64,000 nucleotides of DNA. Source: an uncultured Acidobacteriota bacterium. Lineage in GTDB: Bacteria > Acidobacteriota > Thermoanaerobaculia > UBA5066. The notes below the pieces were generated by a model. It worked only from the letters and a program-made list of their open reading frames with translations, did not search any database and was not told where the DNA came from. Each line of letters begins with the position of its first letter. The stretch's first letter is position 1. The stretch covers positions 1,504,001 through 1,568,000 of the forward strand of contig CAVZYA010000001.1 of assembly GCA_963779415.1 (NCBI GenBank). The letters are read 5' to 3'. Both the position numbers and the translations under genes were made by a program. Shown here in pieces: positions 41,198 to 52,700 of the stretch.

Positions 41198-42621
41198 CCG
41201 ACGCCCTCACGAGGCTTCTCGGGCCGATTCTCTTTCTCGCGGCCGGCTGGGGGATCGTCGAGGCCTCCCGCGCGCTCGCGGGTCGGACGCTCCCGGTCCG
41301 GCTGGCCTGGGGATACCTCACGGGCGTCGCTGCGGTCGGACTCTTTCTTCACGCGGTGACGCAGATCGCCGGCCCCGTTCTGACGCGCCCCGTCGTTCTC
41401 GCCGTCTGCGCCTCGTTTTCGCTCCTTCTCCTCGTCGCGCACCCGCGGAGGTCCGGCGCGCCGTTTCCGCCCGCGGCGATCGTCCCGGCGGCGCTCGGCG
41501 CGGCCGTCTCGCTGGGGCTCTTCGCGGCCGCGGCCGGCCGGCCGGTCGCCGAGATCTCCGATTCGATCGCGATCTGGAACACGAAGGCCCGCCAGATCCG
41601 CGCGGCGCGAACGGTCGACGCCCCGGTCATCCGCGAAAGGCGCTATCAGATGGAGGTCCCGACCCATCCGGCGCTCATGCCCGTCGTCCAGGCGGCCGTA
41701 CTCGACGCGCTCGGGACGTCCGATGACGACCGGGGAGTGAAGCCTCTCTATGCCGCGTTCTATCCCGCCCTTCTCATCGTCGTCTTCGACGAGGCAAGGC
41801 GCCGGGCGGGCGCGGCCGCGGCCGCCCTGGCGGCGACCGCCGGCGCGCTTCTCCCGCAGATCTCCACGGAGCCCTTCGGGGGCGCCTCCGGAACCTACAG
41901 CGACCTTCCGCTTGCCTGCTTCCTCGGGACCGGTCTGATCCTCCTGTTCGACCGGCGGCCGACGCTCCGGACGGGCTCGCTCGCCGGGTTCCTCCTCGCC
42001 GCAGCCGTTCTGACGAAGATCGAGGGAATCCACCTCGCCCTTCTCGGCCTTCTCGCCTCCGCCATCGCGCTCCTCCCGTATCTCGTGGCGCTCGGCAGGG
42101 CCGGCAGGCCGCGCGCCGGCCGCCTCGCGTTTCTCGCGCCGGCGGCGGCGGGCGTCGTCGTGGCCGCGGCGTTTCTCGCCCTCTGGCTCTCGGGAGTCGA
42201 GGACCGGATGGGAAACGACTTCTCGGGGCTCTTCTCGGTTGCTGCTGTCGCACGGGGCCTCGTCGAGCGGAGCGGGAGCGTCCTGCGCGCCATCGCGGAA
42301 AGGAGCCTGAACAGGTGGGAATGGGGCTGGTTCTGGCTTGCCGCGCCGGTCGTCGTGATCGCCGGCGGCAGGGCGCTCTTCCGGAGGAGGTCGAGACCGA
42401 TCGTTCTCTTCCTCGCCCTCGCCCCTATCGTCCCGCTGGGCGGCTACCTGATTACCGGCCGCGTTCCGGCCAACCTCGTGGCGGCCACGTGGGACCGTTT
42501 CCTCGTCCAGACATCCACGTTCTGGCTCGTCCTTCTGGCGGTCTGCGCACGCGAAGCGTGGGGCCGGTCACTCCCCGCCCAGCGCGATGCCGGTAAACTG
42601 GGGACGGAGCTTCCACCGTGA
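41194..42621 (+). CDS. Polytopic membrane protein, GT-C (GT39/ArnT-like) glycosyltransferase
   Basis: DSIAIWNTKA, HPALMP, YSDLPLA and TKIEG motifs; many TM helices. Confidence 0.7.
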   Translation: MTDALTRLLGPILFLAAGWGIVEASRALAGRTLPVRLAWGYLTGVAAVGLFLHAVTQIAGPVLTRPVVLAVCASFSLLLLVAHPRRSGAPFPPAAIVPAALGAAVSLGLFAAAAGRPVAEISDSIAIWNTKARQIRAARTVDAPVIRERRYQMEVPTHPALMPVVQAAVLDALGTSDDDRGVKPLYAAFYPALLIVVFDEARRRAGAAAAALAATAGALLPQISTEPFGGASGTYSDLPLACFLGTGLILLFDRRPTLRTGSLAGFLLAAAVLTKIEGIHLALLGLLASAIALLPYLVALGRAGRPRAGRLAFLAPAAAGVVVAAAFLALWLSGVEDRMGNDFSGLFSVAAVARGLVERSGSVLRAIAERSLNRWEWGWFWLAAPVVVIAGGRALFRRRSRPIVLFLALAPIVPLGGYLITGRVPANLVAATWDRFLVQTSTFWLVLLAVCAREAWGRSLPAQRDAGKLGTELPP

Positions 42622-43778
42622 GCGCCCGTTGGGAACGCCGCGAGATCGTCCTTCGCACCACCGCGACCGGCCACCGGCTGACGGCCCCGGTCTTCTGGTG
42701 TCACGGACGGAACGAGCGCCCCCTCGCGTATCTCCAGGCCAACGTCCACGGCGGCGAGCTTCAGGGAAACGCGGCGATCCTCGCCCTCTTCGACCTCCTC
42801 GAGAAGGAGCCGCCGCGCGGGAGCCTCCTTCTCGTCCCGCGCGTCAACCCGATCGCCGCGAGCCAGCAGATCGGCGATTACGTGGCCGGCGTCTACGACT
42901 TCGGCTCGGGGCAGAATTTCAATCGCGGCTACCTCTATCTCACCGGCCCGTCGCGCGCGAGCAGCGCCCCCTATGTCGATGTCGACGCCTTCGCCGCCGT
43001 CCACCGTGACGCCACCCTCTCCGAGATCCGCGACGGCTTCCGCGAGGCGCTCAAGGCGGCGCTTCACGCCATCCGCGAGTCGGCGGCGACGTGGGGAATG
43101 GACACGCGGCTGGAGTTCGCCCTCGCCATCCAGGAGCTGGCCGTGGAGGCGGACGTCGTCTTCGACCTCCACACCGGAGACCGCGCGCCTCGCTATCTCT
43201 ACGCCCCGGACGGAGCGGTCGCGGCGACGCGCGCGTTCGGGATCCCCTTCGTCCTCGAGGTGCCGCCTCGGTTCGCCGGGGCGCTGGACGAAGCCTCGTT
43301 CGTCCCGTGGAACGATCTCTCCGAGGCGTTCAAGCGGGTCGCGCGCTCCGACGTCCGGCGTTTCGTGGACGGATTCACCGTGGAGCTCGGCTCGATGAAC
43401 GCCTTCTCGCTCGCGCAGGGCGCGGAAGACGCCAAGCGGATCGCCTCGGTACTCCGTCATTACGGCATCCTCGACGGCGAGCCGGACGAGCCGGCCTACC
43501 GGATCTCGGCCTGCGCCGTGGCCGACTACCAGTCGATCGCCGCTGAAGCGGGAGGACTCGTCGACGCGGCCGTCGCCCCCGGCTCGCCCGTCCGGAAAGG
43601 AGACCTCCTCGCCCGGATCGTCGACCCGGCTCTCTGCTCTCTTCCGCCCCGCTCGGCCGACGCCGTCATCGAGGTGCGCGCCCCGGAAGACGGGATCGTC
43701 ATCCTCTTCCACGCCTTCGCTTCGATCCCGAAGGGGGCGCGGCTCCTCTCGATGATGACGAAGGTGAAAGAACTGTAG
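42618..43778 (+). CDS. Succinylglutamate desuccinylase/aspartoacylase (M14) family
   Basis: QANVHGGELQG, VPRVNP, NFNR, DLHTG, TVELG and a C-terminal biotinyl-like domain. Confidence 0.9.
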   Translation: MSARWERREIVLRTTATGHRLTAPVFWCHGRNERPLAYLQANVHGGELQGNAAILALFDLLEKEPPRGSLLLVPRVNPIAASQQIGDYVAGVYDFGSGQNFNRGYLYLTGPSRASSAPYVDVDAFAAVHRDATLSEIRDGFREALKAALHAIRESAATWGMDTRLEFALAIQELAVEADVVFDLHTGDRAPRYLYAPDGAVAATRAFGIPFVLEVPPRFAGALDEASFVPWNDLSEAFKRVARSDVRRFVDGFTVELGSMNAFSLAQGAEDAKRIASVLRHYGILDGEPDEPAYRISACAVADYQSIAAEAGGLVDAAVAPGSPVRKGDLLARIVDPALCSLPPRSADAVIEVRAPEDGIVILFHAFASIPKGARLLSMMTKVKEL

Positions 43779-43780
43779 GG

Positions 43781-45577
43781 CTACTTCAAATACCCGAGGC
43801 TCTTCAGGTTCTCCACGTACTCTTTCGGGTCGATGGCCGCCACGGCGCGCGGGCGGACGCCCCACGACGCGACGGTGGCGGACGTGACCGCACCCGGCTG
43901 AAGAAGACCGGCCCGCACCTTCCCTGCCGCCTCGCGCGAAGCCGGGATTCCGAGCGCCGCGAGAACCGTGGGAGCGACATCGGCTGGAGCGAGGCTCTCT
44001 TCCGCACCCGGGCGCGCGAGGGGGCCGGCGAGGCGGAGGACTCCTCCCTCTTCGCCCCGGCCTCCATCGAAGAGGACAACGACGAGATCGATCCCTTCGC
44101 GCCAGGCCGGGTCGTCGAGGAACACGCGGATCTTCCGCGCTTCCGCGGTCACCGCCTCTGCCAGGGTCACGCGGTCCGCGGCGCTGCGCCCGGGATCGGA
44201 GAGCGCCGCGCCGAGAATGTCGAGTCCGGGGAGATAGAGGAGGGAGAGGCGGGGCCTCTCCCGCGAGAGGGCGTCGAGAAAGACGGCGAGCGCGAAATCG
44301 TCGAGTCCCGCGGCATCGGCCACGAGGCGATCCCGCGACCCCGCAGGCGGCGCCGCCCGCGGTGCCCGTGCCGCGGCACGGGAGACCGCCTCCGCCGGCC
44401 ATCCTTCCCCCGAGAGCGAGCTCCCCGCGCGGGCGGCGAAAAAGAGGTGGTTCGAGAGGATCGTCCCGCCTCCGTCGCCGGCCGGATAGGTGGTCCACCA
44501 GTTCACGACGAGCGACGCGACGCCGGCACGCCGGGCGACTTCCCAGGCCGCAGGCACTCTTCGCGCCGCAGCCGTCACCGACTCGCGACGCGCCACGCCG
44601 ATCGCCGGGAGGACCCTGCCGAGAAAAAAGGCGGAGACCCCGACGGGCCGAAAAGGCGAGCCGACCCCCGCGATCCGGACGAGATCGAGCGCGCCGATGC
44701 CGTGGCGCGACGCGTTCTCTCCCGTCGCCACCGTCGTCCAGAACGCGGCGGGATCCCGATCCGGCTTGACGTAGCGCGCCCCCGCCGCGCCGAACGAGGC
44801 GGCGAAAGTCTCCCCTTCGCCGAGATACCGGTCCGACCAGCCGTCGATCCCGACGACGACGACCCGTCGGGAGTTCGCCTCGACGACGAGCGGGCCGGAG
44901 GCCGCGCTCTCCGGCCGCGAAACCCAGAGAAGCGCCCCCGCGGCGAGGGCGACGAGGGCCAGGGCGAGCCCCGCGAGGCCGAGCCGCCGGGGGCTGCCGA
45001 AGGCGGCCCGGCCCGTCGCCAGGAGCGCTGCGAGGGTCACGCCGCGGGCGGTCCGAACCGCGATGAAGACGGCGAACGCGAGCGACACGAGGACCGCCGT
45101 CGCCGCGAGCGGGCCCGCGGCGCGAAGCGCCGGGACCGCGGCCGCGACCGCGCCGACCCCGGCCACGACTCCGAATCCCGCCGCGATCTCCCGGGCCACC
45201 CCTTCCGCATCCGCCCGTCCACGGACCCGGAGAAAGGCCGCGCTGACGAGGACGAGGACGATCACGGCGGCCACTCCGACCGAGCCTGCGGCGATCCAGA
45301 GAAAGAGGACGGCCGCGTCGCGGAGGGGAAGCGCCGCCGCGACGGCGTTGATGACCGTCTCGACGAGAGCGAGGGCGAGCGCGAGGAAGAACGCGCCCAC
45401 GGCCGCTCCGAAGAGGAGGCTCTGCGCCCGTGACCGGGTCGCCAGCGCCCCCTTCAGCACCGCGCCCTCCACGCCGCGGTCGAGGTAGCCCCGCTCGCGC
45501 AGCCTCTCGCGCGCCGCCTCGAACGAAAGCGGAGATTCTTCGGCTCCCTCCCGAGGGGGAGTTTCGCGCTCCGTCAT
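43781..45577 (-). CDS. Membrane protein with an alkaline-phosphatase-superfamily domain
   Basis: N-terminal TM bundle, VVVVGIDG, FWTTVATG..HG, DVAPTVL and LKSLGYL. Confidence 0.75.
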   Translation of the reverse strand: MTERETPPREGAEESPLSFEAARERLRERGYLDRGVEGAVLKGALATRSRAQSLLFGAAVGAFFLALALALVETVINAVAAALPLRDAAVLFLWIAAGSVGVAAVIVLVLVSAAFLRVRGRADAEGVAREIAAGFGVVAGVGAVAAAVPALRAAGPLAATAVLVSLAFAVFIAVRTARGVTLAALLATGRAAFGSPRRLGLAGLALALVALAAGALLWVSRPESAASGPLVVEANSRRVVVVGIDGWSDRYLGEGETFAASFGAAGARYVKPDRDPAAFWTTVATGENASRHGIGALDLVRIAGVGSPFRPVGVSAFFLGRVLPAIGVARRESVTAAARRVPAAWEVARRAGVASLVVNWWTTYPAGDGGGTILSNHLFFAARAGSSLSGEGWPAEAVSRAAARAPRAAPPAGSRDRLVADAAGLDDFALAVFLDALSRERPRLSLLYLPGLDILGAALSDPGRSAADRVTLAEAVTAEARKIRVFLDDPAWREGIDLVVVLFDGGRGEEGGVLRLAGPLARPGAEESLAPADVAPTVLAALGIPASREAAGKVRAGLLQPGAVTSATVASWGVRPRAVAAIDPKEYVENLKSLGYLK

Positions 45578-45636
45578 GGGAACTCGGAAGTTACCGTACT
45601 GTCGCTCTTCCTCTTAGAAAGAAAAGAAACCTCTCC

Positions 45637-46536
45637 TCAACTCGTCCTGTCGCGCAGAGCCACGGCGAACTCCTTCAGAAGCTCCGCCTTCTTCCCGAAG
45701 CCGGCGAGACTTTCGACGGCATGCTGGGTCAGCTCCGCCACGAGCCGGCGGGCGCCCTCGGCGCCGACATGCCGCGCGAAGCTCGGCGTCGGAGGGCGGC
45801 GCGACTCCTTCCCCGTCTGCGCCGACGGGTCGCGCTCGAGCAGGTCGTCCACGATCTGGAACGCGAGGCCGACGTTTTTCGCGTACGAGCGGACGGCCGC
45901 CAGCTCCTTCTCCCGTGCGCGGCCGAGGACCGCTCCGAGCTCGGCCGACGCGACGAAGAGAGCCCCCGTCTTCCGCGCGTGGATCGTCTCCAGCCGCTCG
46001 AAGGTCGCTGCGTCGGGAGGCGTCCGGAGATCGAGAGCCTGACCCGATGCGAGGCCCGCGAGGCCCGAGGCCTCCGCGAGGCGGCTGATCAGGTCGAGCG
46101 CGGCCGAGGCCGGAACGCCGCGGCCGGCGAGTCCGCAGTCGGCGAGAACGCCGAAGGCTCGCGCGAGAAGCGTGACGGCGGCGAGAATCGCGAGGTCCTC
46201 CCCCTGGGAGACGTGAAGGGCCGGCCGTCCCCGCCGCGTCGTGGCGTCGTCCATCGAGGGGAGGTCGTCGAGGGCGAGCGAGGCCGCGTGGACCATCTCG
46301 ACCGCGCAGGCGGGGTCGAGGAGGCGCTCGCGGGGCGTCCCGAAGAGATCCCCCGCGAGAAAGGCGAGTGCCGGACGGACGCGCTTGCCCGGGGAGAGAA
46401 GCGCCTCGCGCGAGGCGGCGGGGAGGAGATCGAGGGGATCGGCCTCGGGCCCGGCGAGAAGCTCCGGGAGCCGCGCGTCCACGGCCTCGCGAGCCGCGCG
46501 AAGGTCCCTCGAAAGACGCGTCTCCTCGGCGGGCAT
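45637..46536 (-). CDS. Polyprenyl (FPP/GGPP) synthase
   Basis: GKRVRP, HAASLALDDLPSMDDATTRRG, GQALD, KTG and AFQIVDD. Confidence 0.93.
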   Translation of the reverse strand: MPAEETRLSRDLRAAREAVDARLPELLAGPEADPLDLLPAASREALLSPGKRVRPALAFLAGDLFGTPRERLLDPACAVEMVHAASLALDDLPSMDDATTRRGRPALHVSQGEDLAILAAVTLLARAFGVLADCGLAGRGVPASAALDLISRLAEASGLAGLASGQALDLRTPPDAATFERLETIHARKTGALFVASAELGAVLGRAREKELAAVRSYAKNVGLAFQIVDDLLERDPSAQTGKESRRPPTPSFARHVGAEGARRLVAELTQHAVESLAGFGKKAELLKEFAVALRDRTS

Positions 46537-46592
46537 CGAGCCGATTCTCCTCTGCGGCGGGCGCCCGGCGCCCGCCGCCCGGGCCGTCCGGA

Positions 46593-46937
46593 TCAGGAGA
46601 AGCTGGCGACCGCGTCCTTCTCGTCGGAATAGACGTCGAAGACCGTGATCAGCTGCGTCACGGTCAGGACGTCGCTGATCTTCGGCGGCAGGCTCATCAG
46701 CTTCAGCTTCGCCCCGCGGTGCGTCGCCGTCGTGTAGCAGCCGACGAGCTCGCCGACGCCCGACGAGTCGATCGTCGTGACGTCCTTCATGTCGATGAGG
46801 ATCTTCTTTGCCCCGGCCGAGAGGGCGGCGTGAATCCCCTCGCGCATCTGCAGGTCGCCCGAGCCGATCGTGATCTTCCCGTGCAGCTCGATGACCTTGA
46901 TGTCGGCGGTGTCTCGCGTGGTGACGGTCTTGCTCAT
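46593..46937 (-). CDS. STAS anti-anti-sigma factor (RsbV-like)
   Basis: IDMKDVTTIDSSGVGELV motif; 114 aa. Confidence 0.92.
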   Translation of the reverse strand: MSKTVTTRDTADIKVIELHGKITIGSGDLQMREGIHAALSAGAKKILIDMKDVTTIDSSGVGELVGCYTTATHRGAKLKLMSLPPKISDVLTVTQLITVFDVYSDEKDAVASFS

Positions 46938-47395
46938 GAGGCTTCGACTCCCTTCGTCCTGGATGTCGTCCGGACTTTCTTCTTCAGGGTGAGGAGCGTT
47001 CCTCCCGTCTCCCCACGGGAAAACGAAACCTCGTCCATGAAGGTTCGCATGTAAAAGATGCCGCGGCCGGAGGTTTTCATCTGGTTCTCGGGCGCGAGGG
47101 GATCCGCCACGTCGTCCGGCGCGAAGCCCGCCCCCTCGTCCCCGACCTCGATCGTCAGCGACCCGGCGTCGGCCCGGAAGGCGAGGAGAACCCTCTTGCC
47201 GGCATCCTGGCGGTTCCCGTGCTTGATCGCGTTCGCGAGGGCCTCGCGGAGCGCCATTCCGATCCAGTGCTCGGTCTCCTCCACCACGCCCCGCTGGCGG
47301 CAGACGGTGTCGAGGAGAGCTTCCGCCAGCTCGATGTTCGGATAGCGGCTCGACAGCCACATCACGATCTCCGGCGGCGTGTCGGTTTCGATCAT
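46934..47395 (-). CDS. RsbW-like anti-sigma factor / Ser kinase
   Basis: EALANAIKHGN, DEGAGF and GRGIFYMRTFMD. Confidence 0.92.
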   Translation of the reverse strand: MIETDTPPEIVMWLSSRYPNIELAEALLDTVCRQRGVVEETEHWIGMALREALANAIKHGNRQDAGKRVLLAFRADAGSLTIEVGDEGAGFAPDDVADPLAPENQMKTSGRGIFYMRTFMDEVSFSRGETGGTLLTLKKKVRTTSRTKGVEAS

Positions 47396-47500
47396 CCGGC
47401 GTCGGGCGAGGCCGCCGGGACTCCGGCCGGCACGGCGCGGCCCCCTGCTAAGCTCTTCGCCCCGATGTTCACCTCCCCGAGGAATTTCGAGAGCCCGCGC

Positions 47501-48835
47501 ATGATACGCGAGGCCGGCTCGAGGCGTCCACAGCGGGCAGGGGTGGCCGCCGCTCTCTTCCTCGCCGCGATCACGGCTCTCCCGGTCTCTGCCCGGGACG
47601 CTTCCTCGGGGCTCCCGGATCGCCTCCCCGCCGCGGTGGCGGAAGCCCAGCGGCTGGTCGAGCAGATCCGCGGCGTCCCGTTTCCCGGCACCATCGCCTC
47701 GGCCGTCCTCCCGGAAAGGGAGCTGCCGCGCGTCCTCGAGAAGAAGCTCGCCGAGGACCTGCCGGTCTCCTTCGATCGCTACGCCGCGTCCCTCGTGGCC
47801 CTCGGGCTCGTCCCGCCGGAGCGGGACCTGAAGCGCCGGATGCTGAAGCTCTACTCGCGACAGGTGGCCGGCTTCTACGACCCGGAAGAAAAGAAGTTCT
47901 TCGTCGTTCCGGAGCGCTCCGCCGAGGCGGCTTCCAGCGCGGCAGGCTTCGGCGCGGGGGCGGAAGGGCTCCTCGAGGAGGCGCTCCTGACCCACGAGCT
48001 GACGCACGCGCTCCAGGACCGCCGGCTCGACCTGGTCCCGCGAATGGCGGCACTCCGCGACAACTCCGACGCCTCCCTCGCCCTTCAGGCGTTTCTCGAG
48101 GGGGAGGCGACCGTCGTCATGATGGAGGCGATCCTTGCGCGCCTCCCGGCCGAGACGAGAGCCGCCACCTCGGCCGAGCAGCTCCTCGGCTCCATGGCCC
48201 AGATCGCCTCCGGGGCGGTCGAAGGGGCCGAAGGGGTCCCCGAGTATTTCGTGAAGGAGCTCCTCTTTCCCTACACGGCCGGGACCGCGTGGGTCTCCGA
48301 GCGGCGGAGCCACGGCGGATGGATGATCATCGACGCCAACTACGACCATCCCCCCGAGACGACCGCCGAGATCCTCGAGCCGTCCCGGACGGGCGCGCCG
48401 CGGAAGCTCCTTCCGTTCTCGGCCCTTCCGTCGTCGGAGGACCTTCCCCCGAGGAGCCTGCCTCTCTACGTCGACCAGCTCGGTGCTTTCGTCCTTCGCT
48501 CCCTTCTCGAAGACGCCGGCGCCTCCGACGCCGGAGCCCTCGCGGAGGCGTGGCAGGACGACCGCGTCCTCTTCTACGAACGGAGCGGCGCGCCCGGCGG
48601 GCCGGTCGGTTTCGTCTGGAGCCTTCGTCTCTCCACGCCCGACGCCGCGCGGAAGGTGGCGGCCCTTCTCACCCCGTTCTATGCCGCGCGTGCTCCGGGC
48701 GCCGCTTCGGTTCTCGCCACGAGGGACGTCGTCCGCGTGACGCGTCGGCTCTCGCTCGCCGTCCGCCGTCCGGCCCCGGCGCTCCCGGCGCTCACTTCAC
48801 CGGCAGAAGCTTCAGTACCTCCGGCACGAAGATGA
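47501..48835 (+). CDS. Secreted zincin-like protein
   Basis: Signal peptide, AGFYDP, HELTHALQD, EGEA and FPY..G. Confidence 0.75.
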   Translation: MIREAGSRRPQRAGVAAALFLAAITALPVSARDASSGLPDRLPAAVAEAQRLVEQIRGVPFPGTIASAVLPERELPRVLEKKLAEDLPVSFDRYAASLVALGLVPPERDLKRRMLKLYSRQVAGFYDPEEKKFFVVPERSAEAASSAAGFGAGAEGLLEEALLTHELTHALQDRRLDLVPRMAALRDNSDASLALQAFLEGEATVVMMEAILARLPAETRAATSAEQLLGSMAQIASGAVEGAEGVPEYFVKELLFPYTAGTAWVSERRSHGGWMIIDANYDHPPETTAEILEPSRTGAPRKLLPFSALPSSEDLPPRSLPLYVDQLGAFVLRSLLEDAGASDAGALAEAWQDDRVLFYERSGAPGGPVGFVWSLRLSTPDAARKVAALLTPFYAARAPGAASVLATRDVVRVTRRLSLAVRRPAPALPALTSPAEASVPPARR

Positions 48836-49574
48836 AGAGCTGTATGGCGTTGAACGTGCCGTGCGCGAGCATCGGAGCCCAGATCGCCCCCGTCCTCCGG
48901 TAGGCCTCCGCGAGGACCACGGTGATCGCGAGGAGGCCGACGAAGATGAACGGCTCCCCGTAGCCGGCATGCGCGAGAAGGAAGAAGACCGAGGCGGGGA
49001 CGGCGCCGAGCCGCCGCTGGAGAAACGCGCGGAAGTGGAACTCCTCGACCGTCATCGCGCAAAGGACGACGAGGACGCGCTTGAGGATCGATAGCTCCGC
49101 GATCCACTGGACGAGCGGCGATGCGGCTTCCGGGCCGGGATAACCGAGGAGCCGGACGCCGAGCGCGAACGCGAGACCGACGACGAGCGTCAGAACCCAG
49201 CCGATCAGCCCGAGGCAGATCCCCGCCCCCGCCTCGCGAAGAGGGTGGCGGCTCCGAAGCGCGAGGAACTCCGCGAGCGGAGGCCGGCCGGCGAGGAACC
49301 ACCAGAGAGCGAGGAAGAGCGTCAGGAGCGCCTGCACGAGGAAGACCCCCCCGAAGGAGAGGCGGCTCGTGTCGATCGGAAAGGGGGTCTGGGAGACCGG
49401 GAGGAGCAGCGTGGCGACGAGGACGAGAAAGAGAAGCCCCATCGCCGCCCCCTTCCGGAGCGGCGTCGGGAAGCGGTCGACGGCGAAGCGTCCGCGCGCG
49501 TCGGCGACGGCGAGGATCGCGACGAGTAACGGAAGACCGGCCCCGAAGAGAAGGACCAGGTCGAGGCGATTCAC
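48792..49574 (-). CDS. CPBP (CAAX/Abi) intramembrane metalloprotease
   Basis: EEFHFRAFL, FLLAH and AHGTFN motifs. Confidence 0.88.
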   Translation of the reverse strand: MNRLDLVLLFGAGLPLLVAILAVADARGRFAVDRFPTPLRKGAAMGLLFLVLVATLLLPVSQTPFPIDTSRLSFGGVFLVQALLTLFLALWWFLAGRPPLAEFLALRSRHPLREAGAGICLGLIGWVLTLVVGLAFALGVRLLGYPGPEAASPLVQWIAELSILKRVLVVLCAMTVEEFHFRAFLQRRLGAVPASVFFLLAHAGYGEPFIFVGLLAITVVLAEAYRRTGAIWAPMLAHGTFNAIQLFIFVPEVLKLLPVK

Positions 49575-49796
49575 GACATCAGCCGCCGCGCGCGCGGCAC
49601 GGGTGGCGCACGATCCGGAAGGATACCGTGAGCGACGGCGGGCCTACGTCCCGCCGAGGACCTTCGAGAGGCTCGCGACCAGGGAGACGACGCCCGTCCG
49701 GGCGCTCTTGGCATAGAATGAGTCTCAGTTACTTGTATGGCGGCGCGGAAACGGCCCGCTCTCGCGTGCCGCTCCCGACGAGCGAAGGAGACGCCC

Positions 49797-52700
49797 ATGT
49801 CAGAAGAGAGACGGGTCGGGTTCGAGAGCTTCGCCTCCCGCGTCACCACCGTTCCCGGGGACCGCCGTTCCGCCCTGGCGCTCCCGATTGCCCTCCTCCT
49901 TGCCTGGACGGCTCTGGCGTGGCCGCAGAAGGCCGCGGCATTCGCCTGCCAGTGGACCGGGGCCACCAGCACCGACTGGGCCACGGCGAGCAACTGGTCA
50001 TCGTGCAACGGCACGACGCCGCAGTCGGGCGACACCGTGGCCATCCCCAGCGGCGGCAACCAGCCAGTCGTCGGAAGCGGTACCAGCACGGGCGTCTCGA
50101 CAGTGACGGTCAACACGGGTGCTTCGCTGACCGTGGCGAGCTCCGGCACGCTCACCCTGAACAGCGGGCTGACGGGGGGCGGAAACCTGACGGTCAACTC
50201 CGGAGGAACGCTCGTCTGGTCCGCCGGAACGATGGACGGCGCGGGAACGACGACCATCTCCGCGGGCGGAATCCTGACACTCTCCGGCTTCGGCAAGACG
50301 CTCGGGCGCACCCTGAACCTGGCCGCCGGGCAGACCGCCACCATGAGCGGCGCCTCGAGCTACATGTACCTCTCCACCGGCGGCACCTTCAACAACAACG
50401 GCACCGTCGACATCCAGAACGACAACGAAGGTTTCTACTCCTCCGGCACGCCGGGCCCCTTCAACAACGCAGGCCTCCTCAAACGGACGACGGGCAGCGG
50501 CATCGCCTACATCCAGTGCCCCTTCAACAACACCGGCTCCGTCAGCGTCTCGAGCGGCACGCTCTCGATCAGCGGCGACGGCACCCACACCGGGCCCTTC
50601 AACGCCACCGGCGCAACCCTGACCTTCGCCGGCGGCACCCAGACGCTCTCGGCCGCCAGCACGGTCACCGCCGCCAACCTGAACGTCTCGGGCGGCACGA
50701 TCACCTTCAACGGCGCCCTCTCCGTCTCGGCCGCCGTCAACTTCAGCTTCGGCACCGTCGTCGTCAACGCGGGCTACAGCGCCGGCACAAGCTCCTCCTT
50801 CGGCGGCACCGTCACCCTCAATCCCGCCGCCACGCTCACCTCCGCCGGCTCGACGCTCAATCTCTCCGGCATCGTCACCCTCAACAGCGGCGAGGCGATC
50901 TCCGTCACCTCGCTCAACCAGTCGGGCGGCACGCTGACCGGATCGGACAACATCACGGTCTCGGGCACGTTCGCCTGGACGGGCGGCACCCATGGCGGCA
51001 GCGGCACCACCAACGCCAACGGCCCGATGGACCTCTCCGGCTTCGGCAAGACGCTCGGGCGCACCCTGAACCTGGCCGCCGGGCAGACCGCCACCATGAG
51101 CGGCGCCTCGAGCTACATGTACCTCTCCACCGGCAGCACCTTCAACAACAACGGCACCGTCGACATCCAGAACGACAACGAAGGTTTCTACTCCTCCGGC
51201 ACGCCGGGCCCCTTCAACAACGCAGGCCTCCTCAAACGGACGACGGGCAGCGGCATCGCCTACATCCAGTGCCCCTTCAACAACACCGGCTCCGTCAGCG
51301 TCTCGAGCGGCACGCTCTCGATCAGCGGCGACGGCACCCACACCGGGCCCTTCAACGCCACCGGCGCAACCCTGACCTTCGCCGGCGGCACCCAGACGCT
51401 CTCGGCCGCCAGCACGGTCACCGCCGCCAACCTGAACGTCTCGGGCGGCACGATCACCTTCAACGGCGCCCTCTCCGTCTCGGCCGCCGTCAACTTCAGC
51501 TTCGGCACCGTCGTCGTCAACGCGGGCTACAGCGCCGGCACAAGCTCCTCCTTCGGCGGCACCGTCACCCTCAATCCCGCCGCCACGCTCACCTCCGCCG
51601 GCTCGACGCTCAATCTCTCCGGCATCGTCACCCTCAACAGCGGCGAGGCGATCTCCGTCACCTCGCTCAACCAGTCGGGCGGCACGCTGACCGGATCGGA
51701 CAACATCACGGTCTCGGGCACGTTCGCCTGGACGGGCGGCACCCATGGCGGCAGCGGCACCACCAACGCCAACGGCCCGATGGACCTCTCCGGCTTCGGC
51801 AAGACGCTCGGGCGCACCCTGAACCTGGCCGCCGGGCAGACCGCCACCATGAGCGGCGCCTCGAGCTACATGTACCTCTCCACCGGCAGCACCTTCAACA
51901 ACAACGGCACCGTCGACATCCAGAACGACAACGAAGGTTTCTACTCCTCCGGCACGCCGGGCCCCTTCAACAACGCAGGCCTCCTCAAACGGACGACGGG
52001 CAGCGGCATCGCCTACATCCAGTGCCCCTTCAACAACACCGGCTCCGTCAGCGTCTCGAGCGGCACGCTCTCGATCAGCGGCGACGGCACCCACACCGGG
52101 CCCTTCAACGCCACCGGCGCAACCCTGACCTTCGCCGGCGGCACCCAGACGCTCTCGGCCGCCAGCACGGTCACCGCCGCCAACCTGAACGTCTCGGGCG
52201 GCACGATCACCTTCAACGGCGCCCTCTCCGTCTCGGCCGCCGTCAACTTCAGCTTCGGCACCGTCGTCGTCAACGCGGGCTACAGCGCCGGCACAAGCTC
52301 CTCCTTCGGCGGCACCGTCACCCTCAATCCCGCCGCCACGCTCACCTCCGCCGGCTCGACGCTCAATCTCTCCGGCATCGTCACCCTCAACAGCGGCGAG
52401 GCGATCTCCGTCACCTCGCTCAACCAGTCGGGCGGCACGCTGACCGGATCGGACAACATCACGGTCTCGGGCACGTTCGCCTGGACGGGCGGCACCCATG
52501 GCGGCAGCGGCACCACCAACGCCAACGGCCCGATGGACCTCTCCGGCTTCGGCAAGACGCTCGGGCGCACCCTGAACCTGGCCGCCGGGCAGACCGCCAC
52601 CATGAGCGGCGCCTCGAGCTACATGTACCTCTCCACCGGCAGCACCTTCAACAACAACGGCACCGTCGACATCCAGAACGACAACGAAGGTTTCTACTCC

